Shown: positions 10,678 to 20,191 of the stretch, in pieces
How the letters are laid out: the number at the start of each line of letters is the position of its first letter
Numbering within the stretch: position 1 is the stretch's first letter
Assembly: GCA_018680005.1 (NCBI GenBank)
Contig: JAHHJQ010000378.1
Coordinates: 63 to 64,062, forward strand
Length of the DNA stretch: 64,000 bases
From: Bacteroidia bacterium
GTDB taxonomy: Bacteria > Bacteroidota > Bacteroidia > Chitinophagales > Saprospiraceae
Direction: 5' to 3'
Made by a program: the position numbers and the translations under genes
Notes under the pieces: generated by a model
The model's input: only the letters and a program-made list of their open reading frames with translations
What the model was told of the DNA's origin: nothing
Database searches by the model: none

Positions 10678-10971
10678 AATCCCTTTTTTAACCTGGTTTT
10701 AATTTCGTTTTGGAAATTGCGAAAGGTATGAAATCATTGATAAGAGTGAAAAATCTAAAAACCTTGAAAAAAATGATTCCTAATTGAACAGAAATCCATA
10801 TTCCACCGTAAACAATCACTAAGCGCCTTGTATTTAGAGGCCACAACCAGAGATTAACATATCCTGCATACTACACTACACACTTGAATGAGTTAATCTC
10901 TAACCGAAAACGTATCGGGACTACTACACACCTGAATTATCCTCTATTAATCAACCCATAACTGTACGTCT

Positions 10972-11994
10972 ATGAAAGGCTTGCTTAACCTCATCGCTCT
11001 GCTGCTCTGTGGATCATTGCTTGCAAATTCCAATACTTCAAGAATCGAATTTATAAATGGAAGCCTTGGTCTAGCCATTGAAAAAGCCGGACATGAAGGC
11101 AAATTGTTGTTTGTCGAGTTTGGCGCCCAGTGGTGTATGCCATGTAAATTCATGGAAGAGAATACTTTTCAAGATCAAGAGGTGGTTGAATATATGAGTA
11201 CCAATTATGTCCCGGTCAAGATTGATATTGATGATTTCGACGGATTTGCATACAAGCAAAAATATAATGTGGAAGCGCTGCCTACGTTCATCATTTTTGA
11301 CAGCCGGGGTGAAGTAGTTGAAAGATATCAACAATCAATGGCTCCTTCCAATTTGCTTAAGATCCTCCAAAAACATGACGTTCCCACAAATCGGAAAAAG
11401 ATAAAAAGTGATTTGTCATCTTATGAAATTGCAGCACAACTTCATGAAGCGAAGAAAGACAAGTATAATATCAGCCCTTCTCATGACGCACAAGAAGAGC
11501 AAGAAGTCCAGACTATTGGCACGATAGTAAATACTCAAATATCAAATGAACCTTCTAAGGCAGAAGAAATCGAATCATCTGAGGAAGAATCAATAGAGTC
11601 TCATCCTGCAACAATGCATACAGAACAAATTGAAACAACCGCCGAAGAATATCTTTGGACCCAAGATGAGGTCTATGAATTTATTGAAGAACCTGATGAC
11701 CAAAATCTTACTGAAGGTCCTGAAAAAGAACTTTTAGTACTCGAGGATCCCAAAATCACCCTTTACACCGTTCAGGTTGGAACTTTCTCTAGTAAAACCT
11801 CAACTGATGAATTTGTAAAAGCCACATCCGCGATCTTTGTCGAGGATACCCACATATTTGAAAATCATTACCAGAATCACTCTTCTTATGAAGTCTGTCT
11901 TGGGGCATTTGCCTCTGAGCAGAGCGCACAGATTTATTTGAATCGACTCGAACTTCTAAATATTCCCGGGAAAGTCAAAACTATATACCAATAG
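10972..11994 (+). CDS. Exported thioredoxin-fold protein with an acidic linker and a C-terminal SPOR (septal peptidoglycan-binding) domain
   Basis: Signal peptide. Thioredoxin-like WCMPCK active site in the context FVEFGAQWCMPCKFM. E/Q-rich low-complexity middle. C-terminal YTVQVGTFSSKTSTDEF...YEVCLGAFASEQSAQIYLNRL resembles a SPOR repeat. Confidence 0.75.
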   Translation: MKGLLNLIALLLCGSLLANSNTSRIEFINGSLGLAIEKAGHEGKLLFVEFGAQWCMPCKFMEENTFQDQEVVEYMSTNYVPVKIDIDDFDGFAYKQKYNVEALPTFIIFDSRGEVVERYQQSMAPSNLLKILQKHDVPTNRKKIKSDLSSYEIAAQLHEAKKDKYNISPSHDAQEEQEVQTIGTIVNTQISNEPSKAEEIESSEEESIESHPATMHTEQIETTAEEYLWTQDEVYEFIEEPDDQNLTEGPEKELLVLEDPKITLYTVQVGTFSSKTSTDEFVKATSAIFVEDTHIFENHYQNHSSYEVCLGAFASEQSAQIYLNRLELLNIPGKVKTIYQ

Positions 11995-12176
11995 TCCGGA
12001 CAAACACATAACCGTAGTCCAGAAATTAACGATATTGGATTTTGCAACGGAACGGAATAAACACCCCTTTTGTTGAATAGATTTATAGACAATATCCTTA
12101 CATTCAATCCGTTCTATTTCCTCCTGTTTACACAAGAGAAAAGTAAGATTTTCGACGGTAATTTGGCTACAAATCT

Positions 12177-14546
12177 ATGCATAGATCACTAACACTATTT
12201 TTTCTTCTTTTTATAGTTTCCGTCGTTTTTGCATCTTCATACGATCCTCATAACAATATTTCTGGCTCTTATGAAATTGATGGATTTGTTGCAGAAAGAT
12301 CTTCATGTAAAGGACTCGATAGTAGCGCTGTTCGATATGTGGTATCGGGTGGAATGGCCCCTTACAATATCTCATGGAGGCAATTGGCAGCACCCGTGGA
12401 TGAAGGATCTGCTACACTGACGAATGATACCGATTCTTTAAACATTACCGGATTAAATAGTGCCGCTAACTATGTTTTTACGATCATAGATGCAAGTGTG
12501 GGAACTCCATGCGTCGATACATTCAATTTTACCACAATGGGATCGCTGGGTGTTGATCCGTTACTTTCAAGACCCACTTGTAATGGTTTTACAGATGGTG
12601 AAGCCACTGCCATTATCCTGATAGGTAACCAAATATATAATCCAATGCCCAATGAGGTATCTTACATATGGAGTAATGGAGATACCAATTCTACTGCTAG
12701 CGGACTTGGCGAAGGTTCCTATTCGATAGTTATTGAAACCAGAGAGGGATGCACAGCATTCAATGGTTTTGGACTCAGTGCGCCGGGGGCCATAGTGATT
12801 GATGACACAATTGAGTCTATAAGTTGTCCTGGTGGTTCAGATGCAGAGATCGTTGTGCAACCAAGTGGTGGAACACCATCCTCAGGAAATATACCTTACA
12901 CGATTCAATGGTCAGAGTCGACAACAGATCCGTATCCTGACACTTTATCCAGCTTAGCGGCCGGCACATATGACATCACCGTTACAGATGCGAATGGGTG
13001 TCAGCAATTTGATTCTTTCACCATTTCTGATCCAATTCCAGTAAGCGTGCAATTTACAGGCGAGCTAGCATCTTCTTGTAGCCGAGGTGTTTGTGATGGA
13101 CAAGCAATAGCCATGGCCACAGGAGGTGGAGCACCTGGATCATACAATTACATGTGGGCAACCGGCGAAAACACCCCCAATGCTAGCCTACTTTGTGCAG
13201 GATGGAATGTTGTGGAAGTAGAAAATAATGGGTGTCCGGTTGTCTTAGATTCTGTATTAATAACTAGTCCAAATGATGTAGTCATCCAGGCAATCGATAG
13301 CTCAGATGCCAGCTGTTATAATGAAATGGATGGTACAATTCAAGTTTCTGCTGTCGGCGGAACTCCAGGAGGATATACCTATATGTGGGCAGATAATACC
13401 AATGGTCCGTCCAGATCGGGACTTGCAGCCGGGGAATATTCGGTCCTTGCGACGGATATCAATGGTTGCGAATCTGATTCTTTGCAGATAAATATCGCTC
13501 AACCAGATTCACTCGAATTGGTTGTTGATCTTGGAAGCACTCTAAATCCCAGGTGTAGTGATTCTGATAATGGTATACTCTCTGTCCGATGGATTAGAGG
13601 GGGCAACCAAAATACTACACCTAACTATGCATGGTCAAATATACCTAACCCACCGAATAATTCAGTCGTGACCAATCTCCCGCCGGGTACATACTCGGTG
13701 ACTATTACAGACGGATTGGGTTGTCAGGATTCAACCAGTTATACATTGACTGCACCTCCATCACTGATAGGGATCATACCTTCTCCAGCCGAACCTCAGT
13801 GTTTTGGTCAACTTACCACAGTGACTGTGGATAATGCTATCGGTGGGTCCGGAAATTCCTTTACTTTTTCGGTCAACAATGGTCCCCAAAATCAACTTCA
13901 ATTTCCCGCAGAGGTTCTTGCTGGAGATTCTCTAATAATATCTGTCTTTGATCAAAACTCTTGTCGATTCGATACCACATTATTCATTGATCAGCCTGAT
14001 GAAATAGTTGTAACTATAATTGATCAGGAAGTAAATGTAGATCTTGGAGCTAGTGAAGAGTTATCGGCCACAATCTCGAACTCAATCCCAATTAGCAGCA
14101 TTCAGTGGAGCCCAGATATCGAGCTTTCCCACCCAGACTCTTTCGTAACCCTGGTAACTCCTAGCCAGAGTAGAACTTATGAAATCGAAGTAATTGACGA
14201 AAATGGTTGTACGGGGTCCGGTCAAGTTTTTGTCAATCTTAACAGAAATAGGAATGTATACATCCCCAATGCATTCTCACCTAATGGTGATGGTATCAAT
14301 GATTTTTTCCAACTTTCTACAGGAATAGGTGTCCGTCAAGTCAAGTATCTCAGGATCTTTGATCGCTGGGGAAGCATGGTCTACGAACAGGAAAACTATT
14401 TACCCGGAGATGTTTTCAATGATGGTTGGAATGGAAAATTGAAAGGGAAAAACCTAAATGCGGGAGTATTTGTCTATCTGGCAGAAATAGAATTCATAGA
14501 CAATAGTTCCCTCCTATTTCGAGGAGATCTTGCCCTGGTCCGGTAA
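12177..14546 (+). CDS. SprB-repeat cell-surface protein with a T9SS type B (gliding motility-associated) C-terminal domain
   Basis: Signal peptide. Repeated C-x-G-x-x-DG...GG-x-P-x-Y-x-Y-x-W units (for example CYNEMDGTIQVSAVGGTPGGYTYMW). C-terminal IPNAFSPNGDGINDFF...FDRWG motif. Confidence 0.85.
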   Translation: MHRSLTLFFLLFIVSVVFASSYDPHNNISGSYEIDGFVAERSSCKGLDSSAVRYVVSGGMAPYNISWRQLAAPVDEGSATLTNDTDSLNITGLNSAANYVFTIIDASVGTPCVDTFNFTTMGSLGVDPLLSRPTCNGFTDGEATAIILIGNQIYNPMPNEVSYIWSNGDTNSTASGLGEGSYSIVIETREGCTAFNGFGLSAPGAIVIDDTIESISCPGGSDAEIVVQPSGGTPSSGNIPYTIQWSESTTDPYPDTLSSLAAGTYDITVTDANGCQQFDSFTISDPIPVSVQFTGELASSCSRGVCDGQAIAMATGGGAPGSYNYMWATGENTPNASLLCAGWNVVEVENNGCPVVLDSVLITSPNDVVIQAIDSSDASCYNEMDGTIQVSAVGGTPGGYTYMWADNTNGPSRSGLAAGEYSVLATDINGCESDSLQINIAQPDSLELVVDLGSTLNPRCSDSDNGILSVRWIRGGNQNTTPNYAWSNIPNPPNNSVVTNLPPGTYSVTITDGLGCQDSTSYTLTAPPSLIGIIPSPAEPQCFGQLTTVTVDNAIGGSGNSFTFSVNNGPQNQLQFPAEVLAGDSLIISVFDQNSCRFDTTLFIDQPDEIVVTIIDQEVNVDLGASEELSATISNSIPISSIQWSPDIELSHPDSFVTLVTPSQSRTYEIEVIDENGCTGSGQVFVNLNRNRNVYIPNAFSPNGDGINDFFQLSTGIGVRQVKYLRIFDRWGSMVYEQENYLPGDVFNDGWNGKLKGKNLNAGVFVYLAEIEFIDNSSLLFRGDLALVR

Positions 14547-16319
14547 GGTTATTTTGAAAATGGTACCTTTTCCATTTTGATTTGCAGCAACAGCGATTTC
14601 ACCATCATGCATTTGAACAATTTTCTTGCTTATCGCTAATCCCATTCCTGTTCCCTGATACAAGTCTCTCCTATTGAGTCTTTGAAAAATGACAAAAATG
14701 CGTTCCATTTGATTTTTAGGAATTCCAATACCGTTATCGGCAATATGTAACAAGACCTTGCTATCTTTTCTTTCTGAAGTTATAGAGACTTGGGGCTTTC
14801 TTCCAGATGCCCTGAACTTTATCGCATTGTGGAGAAGATTCTGTACTAATATGGTTAACAGCATACGACTTCCGTATACGATATCTGAAGTCTTGAGAGA
14901 TATCTCTACAGCACTCTCCTCAATTGCTACTTGTAAATTTTGTTTCGCATCCTCAATAATGTCTTGGACTAAAACGGATTCAAATTCTCCAAATCTGGAT
15001 TGTAAGGTGGAATAATTGGAGAGTGCATCTAATAATTCATTTAACCTATTGACCCCTCCATTTACAAAATCGAAATATGATAATTTTTCATGGTCAATCC
15101 CCTCTTTAAAGTGACGCTTTATTAATTGGGTATATGCCCCTATCATTCTTAAGGGCTCCTTGAGATCATGAGACACAACATAGGCGAATTGCCTCAAATC
15201 TTCATTGGCATCAGCTAATTGCCTATTTCGTAAAAGTATCTCCTTGGTCAATGCCTTCTCCTTCATTAATGCCTGGATCTCCTTTTCTTTAGCTGCCATT
15301 TTGAACTGTACTTCCTGTTCGATCAATCTGGCCTTTTGCTTCAGATTGGATACATGATCTTCTACGGCTTTTAGCGCTTCCAATTGATCAAGTGCGTCTT
15401 TATAATTATTCGCCTTTTTGTAACACTCCACTTTAATCTTCAAAGCTTCGATCTGTATTTGAAAATCTTTGCTCTTGAGCGCACCTTGCTCACACATTTT
15501 GGCCTCTTGAATACTTGATTCAAACGCTCCATGTGCCATTGCAAGATATGCTTGATTCAAATGCTCGATATATCTTATGGGATCAGATCTATCATAGTTA
15601 TCCATCTCTTGCGAAGCTGAAAAACTAGTTGTGATATCAAGACACAGTTGTGCGCGTTTTTTCAATACCTCTGAAAAAGCCAGGAGTTGATCAAGTTCCA
15701 AAGAAGTATAAATGGAGGATGCTTGCTCAAAATTAGATACTGCTGATTCAAACTTTGACAAAGCAGTTTTTATGTTACCAAGATTGTGGTGAAGTGCAGC
15801 TTTGGTATGGTTTTGAAGTACGGATCTGTACTTATCAAGAACTAGTTCGTAGCGTTTTTCGGCTTGTTCGTAATGGTGTAAAGAAGCATACAGGGTTCCC
15901 AAATTAATTTGGACTTGTGCACTCAACATTGGATTGGACAAGGCCCCTGCTTTTCTTTCGGATTGAAGTAAATGTAAAAGAGCATTAGTATGCAATTGTC
16001 TTCGGCCATTTGTAATACCTACTGCCATCAACCTTCTCACCTCAAGTTCTCCGGAAGTATGAGGTAGTCTGGAAATCAGTATATTCAATTGTTCAAATTC
16101 TCGCGATTGGATGAGATATTGAATCAGTGTATTCAGATAGCGATATAGCCTTGGATTTTGGGAAACTTTTTCATAATCGGAGTCCATCAATGGCTCAATC
16201 TGGCTAATTATTGCAGGACCAAGATTTATCTTTCCTTTGGAAGCCAACGCTTCAAATTGATCTAATAACTGATCAACAGTTTCTGATTTCATGTCAATCT
16301 GGGAAGAATACTTGATCAA
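14514..16319 (-). CDS. Soluble sensor histidine kinase with an N-terminal TPR-like or helical region and a coiled coil
   Basis: HisKA H-box FAYVVSHDLKEPLRMI and HATPase_c N/G boxes (HNAIKF, DNGIGI, GTGMGLAI). No obvious TM helices. The track start is TTG at 16319; an ATG at 16292 (MKSETVDQ) is an alternative. Confidence 0.85.
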   Translation of the reverse strand: MIKYSSQIDMKSETVDQLLDQFEALASKGKINLGPAIISQIEPLMDSDYEKVSQNPRLYRYLNTLIQYLIQSREFEQLNILISRLPHTSGELEVRRLMAVGITNGRRQLHTNALLHLLQSERKAGALSNPMLSAQVQINLGTLYASLHHYEQAEKRYELVLDKYRSVLQNHTKAALHHNLGNIKTALSKFESAVSNFEQASSIYTSLELDQLLAFSEVLKKRAQLCLDITTSFSASQEMDNYDRSDPIRYIEHLNQAYLAMAHGAFESSIQEAKMCEQGALKSKDFQIQIEALKIKVECYKKANNYKDALDQLEALKAVEDHVSNLKQKARLIEQEVQFKMAAKEKEIQALMKEKALTKEILLRNRQLADANEDLRQFAYVVSHDLKEPLRMIGAYTQLIKRHFKEGIDHEKLSYFDFVNGGVNRLNELLDALSNYSTLQSRFGEFESVLVQDIIEDAKQNLQVAIEESAVEISLKTSDIVYGSRMLLTILVQNLLHNAIKFRASGRKPQVSITSERKDSKVLLHIADNGIGIPKNQMERIFVIFQRLNRRDLYQGTGMGLAISKKIVQMHDGEIAVAANQNGKGTIFKITLPDQGKISSK

Positions 16320-16343
16320 TTGACGAAAGCATTAATGAAAAAT

Positions 16344-17021
16344 CTATTGCTGTTGCTGAACTGTATCTATTGTTTTGGATTGCTCAAAAACGTGTTTTAC
16401 ATCTCCACTTAAGTACAACTTGACTTGTGGGTTCTCAGCATTACTTAATACGGAAATTAGTGGTTTTTGGGTGCCAAATTTACCTTTGCTGTTGAAAATG
16501 ATTTTGATCTCTCCCGTATCTCCTGGATCAATGGGTATAAAAGGGTAAGAAGGAACTGTACATCCGCAAGAGACTTGCACATCCTTAATCACCAGCGGTT
16601 GTTTCCCAGTATTCTGGAACTTAAAAGTATGTGATATCTGATCTCCCTCTTCAATTTCGCCAAAATCATATGTAGTGCCGGAAAATTCTATCCTGGCCTT
16701 TTTTTTCTTTTTAGCCGGTACTTCTCTTTTGGGTATCCCTAATTCATTTTCTTCGTTTTCCACCTTATCCAATTCGCTTATGCTTTCTCTTGTCTCTCGG
16801 TTGCTGGCAGAATCGACTTCTAGAATGGCAGTATTAGAGTTGAATACAGGCGTTTCTTTAGTTGATATTACCGAGGTATTTTCTTTTACGTCCTGTTCCT
16901 TATTTATCGTCGATACTGTATTGGAAATGGCTTCCTTTTCTGATTTGGAGTCGATGGAACAGGCACAGAAACCAATAGATATTCCTATAAGGATGACAAA
17001 CGTGTGATTAATTCGGGACAT
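16344..17021 (-). CDS. DUF1573-family lipoprotein
   Basis: Lipoprotein-like signal (GFCACS), a low-complexity linker with a K-run, and the DUF1573 hallmark FKFQNTGKQPLVIKDVQVSCGCTVP. Confidence 0.8.
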   Translation of the reverse strand: MSRINHTFVILIGISIGFCACSIDSKSEKEAISNTVSTINKEQDVKENTSVISTKETPVFNSNTAILEVDSASNRETRESISELDKVENEENELGIPKREVPAKKKKKARIEFSGTTYDFGEIEEGDQISHTFKFQNTGKQPLVIKDVQVSCGCTVPSYPFIPIDPGDTGEIKIIFNSKGKFGTQKPLISVLSNAENPQVKLYLSGDVKHVFEQSKTIDTVQQQQ

Positions 17022-17063
17022 TGATTAAATATACTACACTGGATATGTTTATTCAACAAAGAA

Positions 17064-18287
17064 CTATTTGAGAAGTGTAAAGCTACCGATTTTGGTGTTG
17101 GATGTCCCACTGCATACAAAATCTACTCTATAGACATAAACACCTGGACCAACGATATTGGATTTGTAAGTACCATCCCATTTTTGGAAGGCGTCATCGG
17201 TAAAAAAAATTTGGTTACCTAGCCTATCAAATATTTCGAAAGAATTCAGATCTTCAATTGCAAATGGATTGCTTATGAAAAATTCGTCATTCAGACCGTC
17301 TCCATTAGGTGTAAAAGCATTAGGCAGAAAGATTTCTTCGCAGTCTAAAGAAGCTGGATCTACAACAACCACTCGAATTGTATCGGAAGCGGTGCAAGAA
17401 GCATCTTCGAATGCCGCACTAATTTTAAAGGTTCCTGCAGCACTTGGTGTATATATGGTCGAAGCAGCATTGGGATCATCAATATCTTGTGTTGGTGTCC
17501 AGGAAATAGAAGTAGAACATGTATTATCCACATTCAATGGAACAAATCCACCTAAGAATATGAGCGTATCCTTAATTGTCACTGCATCCGGCTGGGCATA
17601 CAAAGTGGCAAGTTCATCATCATTCAATGCACGATCATAGATTCGGATTTCATCGATATTACCCTCAAACCTTTCGTCTGTCACGCCAAGACATGGGCCA
17701 TTAGATAATGACAGGGTCTCAGGATTGTCCAGGTCCATTCTTGCAACGGCCCTATCCGTAGCCACAAGTATCCCATTTATATAAACCTGTGTTTCTCTTC
17801 CTTCTTTAACCAATATAACGTGGTACCAACATCTGCTGATCGGCAAATTAATCGTCATATTGGTTTCTTTAGTGCTGTTCTCTGCCATTGTAACTATAAG
17901 GCCATTTGCACTGGGATCATATTGTATAGCAAATGCTCGCTGTTCGGTGCAGGCTTGTCTTTTGGAGATAATATCCTGTACACCAGAAAACTTCAATGGC
18001 TTAAAATAGAAACTCAACGTAAAATCAGAACCCCCAAATACATTGTTTACAATACCTGTAAGCAAAACATAATCCATCACCCCATCAAACCTTATTGATT
18101 CGCCAACAGCTCCACATTCAAATGTTGGATTCCCTTGAATGATTCCATTACTACCCTGATTGGTATCATCGGAAGCATCCATTCCGTCAAATGAATAATG
18201 TGCCAAAAGGCCCAAAGTGGTTTGGGCAGGCGCCTGTATGGCCATTAATAAGAATGCAAGAATATAATAAAGCTTTTTAATCGACAT
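17064..18287 (-). CDS. LamG/concanavalin-A-like lectin domain protein with a T9SS type B C-terminal domain
   Basis: Signal peptide. The LamG-type pattern (WYHVILVKEG...VYINGILV...FEGNIDEIRIYDRALNDDE) is followed by LPNAFTPNGDGLNDEFF...FDRLGN. Confidence 0.85.
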   Translation of the reverse strand: MSIKKLYYILAFLLMAIQAPAQTTLGLLAHYSFDGMDASDDTNQGSNGIIQGNPTFECGAVGESIRFDGVMDYVLLTGIVNNVFGGSDFTLSFYFKPLKFSGVQDIISKRQACTEQRAFAIQYDPSANGLIVTMAENSTKETNMTINLPISRCWYHVILVKEGRETQVYINGILVATDRAVARMDLDNPETLSLSNGPCLGVTDERFEGNIDEIRIYDRALNDDELATLYAQPDAVTIKDTLIFLGGFVPLNVDNTCSTSISWTPTQDIDDPNAASTIYTPSAAGTFKISAAFEDASCTASDTIRVVVVDPASLDCEEIFLPNAFTPNGDGLNDEFFISNPFAIEDLNSFEIFDRLGNQIFFTDDAFQKWDGTYKSNIVGPGVYVYRVDFVCSGTSNTKIGSFTLLK

Positions 18288-18371
18288 GATCAGAATTAGA
18301 TGAATAGAACGATCTGCGATAATCAGATATTACTTGTAACGAATCTTGCAGAAAATGTTGACAAACGAACA

Positions 18372-19055
18372 TTAAAACATGCTGGGTTCACCAGAAAGAT
18401 AGAAACCTACTTTAAGGCCAGCGGTGACATACCAGTCATTGGCATCTGGGTTGCCACTGATACTAACTCCATCTAGATAGTCGTCGAAGATCATCCTTGT
18501 GCCTCCTTCGAGCGCAACATATAATTTTTCATTAAAAGTCCACTGAACTCCAAGGCCAAAAGGAATCCCTAATCGCGTAGTTGTTGTATTATTCAAATCT
18601 TCTGCTCCTTGAGAAAAACCTGTCACCTCCGGCTCTCCGAATGTAAATCCGACACCCGCATACACATAGGGAGATATGCTTTTCAAAAAATCTCCCCGAG
18701 AATTGAATCTACCCTGACCTATAGGATGGTATTCCAATGTGACAGCACCTTCAACCAAATTGGATTCAAAACTCAATCCCCGCATTGATAACTCTTCACT
18801 GTTGGCATCATCACCACTTATTTTTCCAAAGAAAACGTTTCCGGAAATCGCTAAATCCCTAAACATCAGATACTTGCCAAATAGTCCAAATGCCGGTTGT
18901 GTTTCTTTGATCTCTATTAGTCCTTCTACCAGGTCACCTTGATAGTTGAATGCCCCAGCATAGATTCCAAAACTCAATTCCTGCGCTTTGACAGTACCTG
19001 TGCACATTGTTATAAAGAATATGCTAAGCAGAGAAAGTGTACTAATCGATTTCAT
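18372..19055 (-). CDS. Small outer-membrane beta-barrel protein
   Basis: Signal peptide ending VKAQE, alternating hydrophobic beta-strand pattern, Gly/aromatic-rich, terminal aromatic residue (PSMF). Confidence 0.65.
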   Translation of the reverse strand: MKSISTLSLLSIFFITMCTGTVKAQELSFGIYAGAFNYQGDLVEGLIEIKETQPAFGLFGKYLMFRDLAISGNVFFGKISGDDANSEELSMRGLSFESNLVEGAVTLEYHPIGQGRFNSRGDFLKSISPYVYAGVGFTFGEPEVTGFSQGAEDLNNTTTTRLGIPFGLGVQWTFNEKLYVALEGGTRMIFDDYLDGVSISGNPDANDWYVTAGLKVGFYLSGEPSMF

Positions 19056-19081
19056 CTAAGTTCACAAGTTCAATTTGTATA

Positions 19082-20008
19082 TCATACAACCCCCAAAGCG
19101 AGGTAAATCATATACAACAAATACAAAATCACAAATAATACTCCTATCCAACGAAATATTCTCCCATATACACATAAAACGGCTAACAATACTGTCACCG
19201 CGAACATGAAAGGAAGACTAAAATCAAGAATTGAAGATGCAATATCCAAAGTGCCTATAAGTGCGGGGATGCCCATAACAGCAAGAATATTAAAAATATT
19301 AGAACCAATAACATTGCCAAGGGCCATATCAGTTTTTCCTCTCCTGGCTGCTTGAATACTTACGATTACTTCCGGTAATGAGGTGCCAAGAGCAACCATG
19401 GATAATGCAATTAATTCTGTACTGATACCAACTATTTCCGATATTTTCTCAATACTGAAGATGGTATACTTTGAGCCTAAGAACACAAACACCCCAGATA
19501 AAGCGAAAATCAGATAAACGGTATATCTCAAATTAGTTTTATCCAAGTTTCCACTTTCTTTCCTAATTGATTTAATGAGATAGGCAGCAAGTACCACCAA
19601 AAAGATCACTGCTTCGTAAATAAGAAAGGAAAAATCCCGGGTCGCATACCATAATGCAGCGGTAGCTATCAAGAGAACAGGAATATCCAGATGAATGATA
19701 GATCGGGATATTGGGGTTTCCTTGCCACTGGCGATAATAGTAATCCCAAATACTAAAAGAATATTGGCAATATTGGATCCTACAACATTACCCAGAACGA
19801 TACCCGATTCATTTGCCATCATCGCAGATATTGATGTGGCAAGCTCAGGAAGGGATGTTCCAAAAGCGACTATAGTAATACCGATTACGAATGGTGATAT
19901 CCCAAATGAGATGCCTATCTTCTCAGATGAATCAATAAAAAAATCTGAAGCTTTCAGCAGTACAGATAAACTTACAAGAAAGATAATAATGTAAAGTGCC
20001 AGGTTCAA
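19082..20008 (-). CDS. Ca2+/Na+ antiporter, CaCA (YrbG) family
   Basis: Two internal alpha-repeat motifs (GTSLPELATS and GTSLPEVIVS) in a ~10-TM protein. TTG start. Confidence 0.88.
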   Translation of the reverse strand: MNLALYIIIFLVSLSVLLKASDFFIDSSEKIGISFGISPFVIGITIVAFGTSLPELATSISAMMANESGIVLGNVVGSNIANILLVFGITIIASGKETPISRSIIHLDIPVLLIATAALWYATRDFSFLIYEAVIFLVVLAAYLIKSIRKESGNLDKTNLRYTVYLIFALSGVFVFLGSKYTIFSIEKISEIVGISTELIALSMVALGTSLPEVIVSIQAARRGKTDMALGNVIGSNIFNILAVMGIPALIGTLDIASSILDFSLPFMFAVTVLLAVLCVYGRIFRWIGVLFVILYLLYMIYLALGVV

Positions 20009-20191
20009 CTGCTACAAAATTCGTATGGATATCAAATGTAGTTCTTATTACATTGCAGTAAGTACAAATCGTATCCAAGTTGGAGAAATAACTTCCTTTC
20101 GTCTATAAGAGAATCGTTTTCAGTGTTCAAATTCTATTATTGCTTTACTTTTGACAACCAAATTTGCATCAAATAACTTCTTCAAGATAGA

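Noticed and set aside
5832-10702. Many 60-160-aa ORFs antisense to or overlapping the ABC transporter, accC, accB, efp and fabH genes. The same pattern occurs for ORFs inside porX, rel, tig, gldM, gldK, recG and rpoC.
   Set aside because: Each is nested in a strongly supported conserved gene on the opposite strand or in another frame. Their sequences are low-complexity with no recognisable motifs.
16699-16712. A T8-C-T5 run (an A-rich run on the coding strand) inside the DUF1573 gene as a slippage site
   Set aside because: It encodes a lysine run (KKKKKA) in a low-complexity linker. A/T homopolymers of this length are unremarkable in a low-GC genome.
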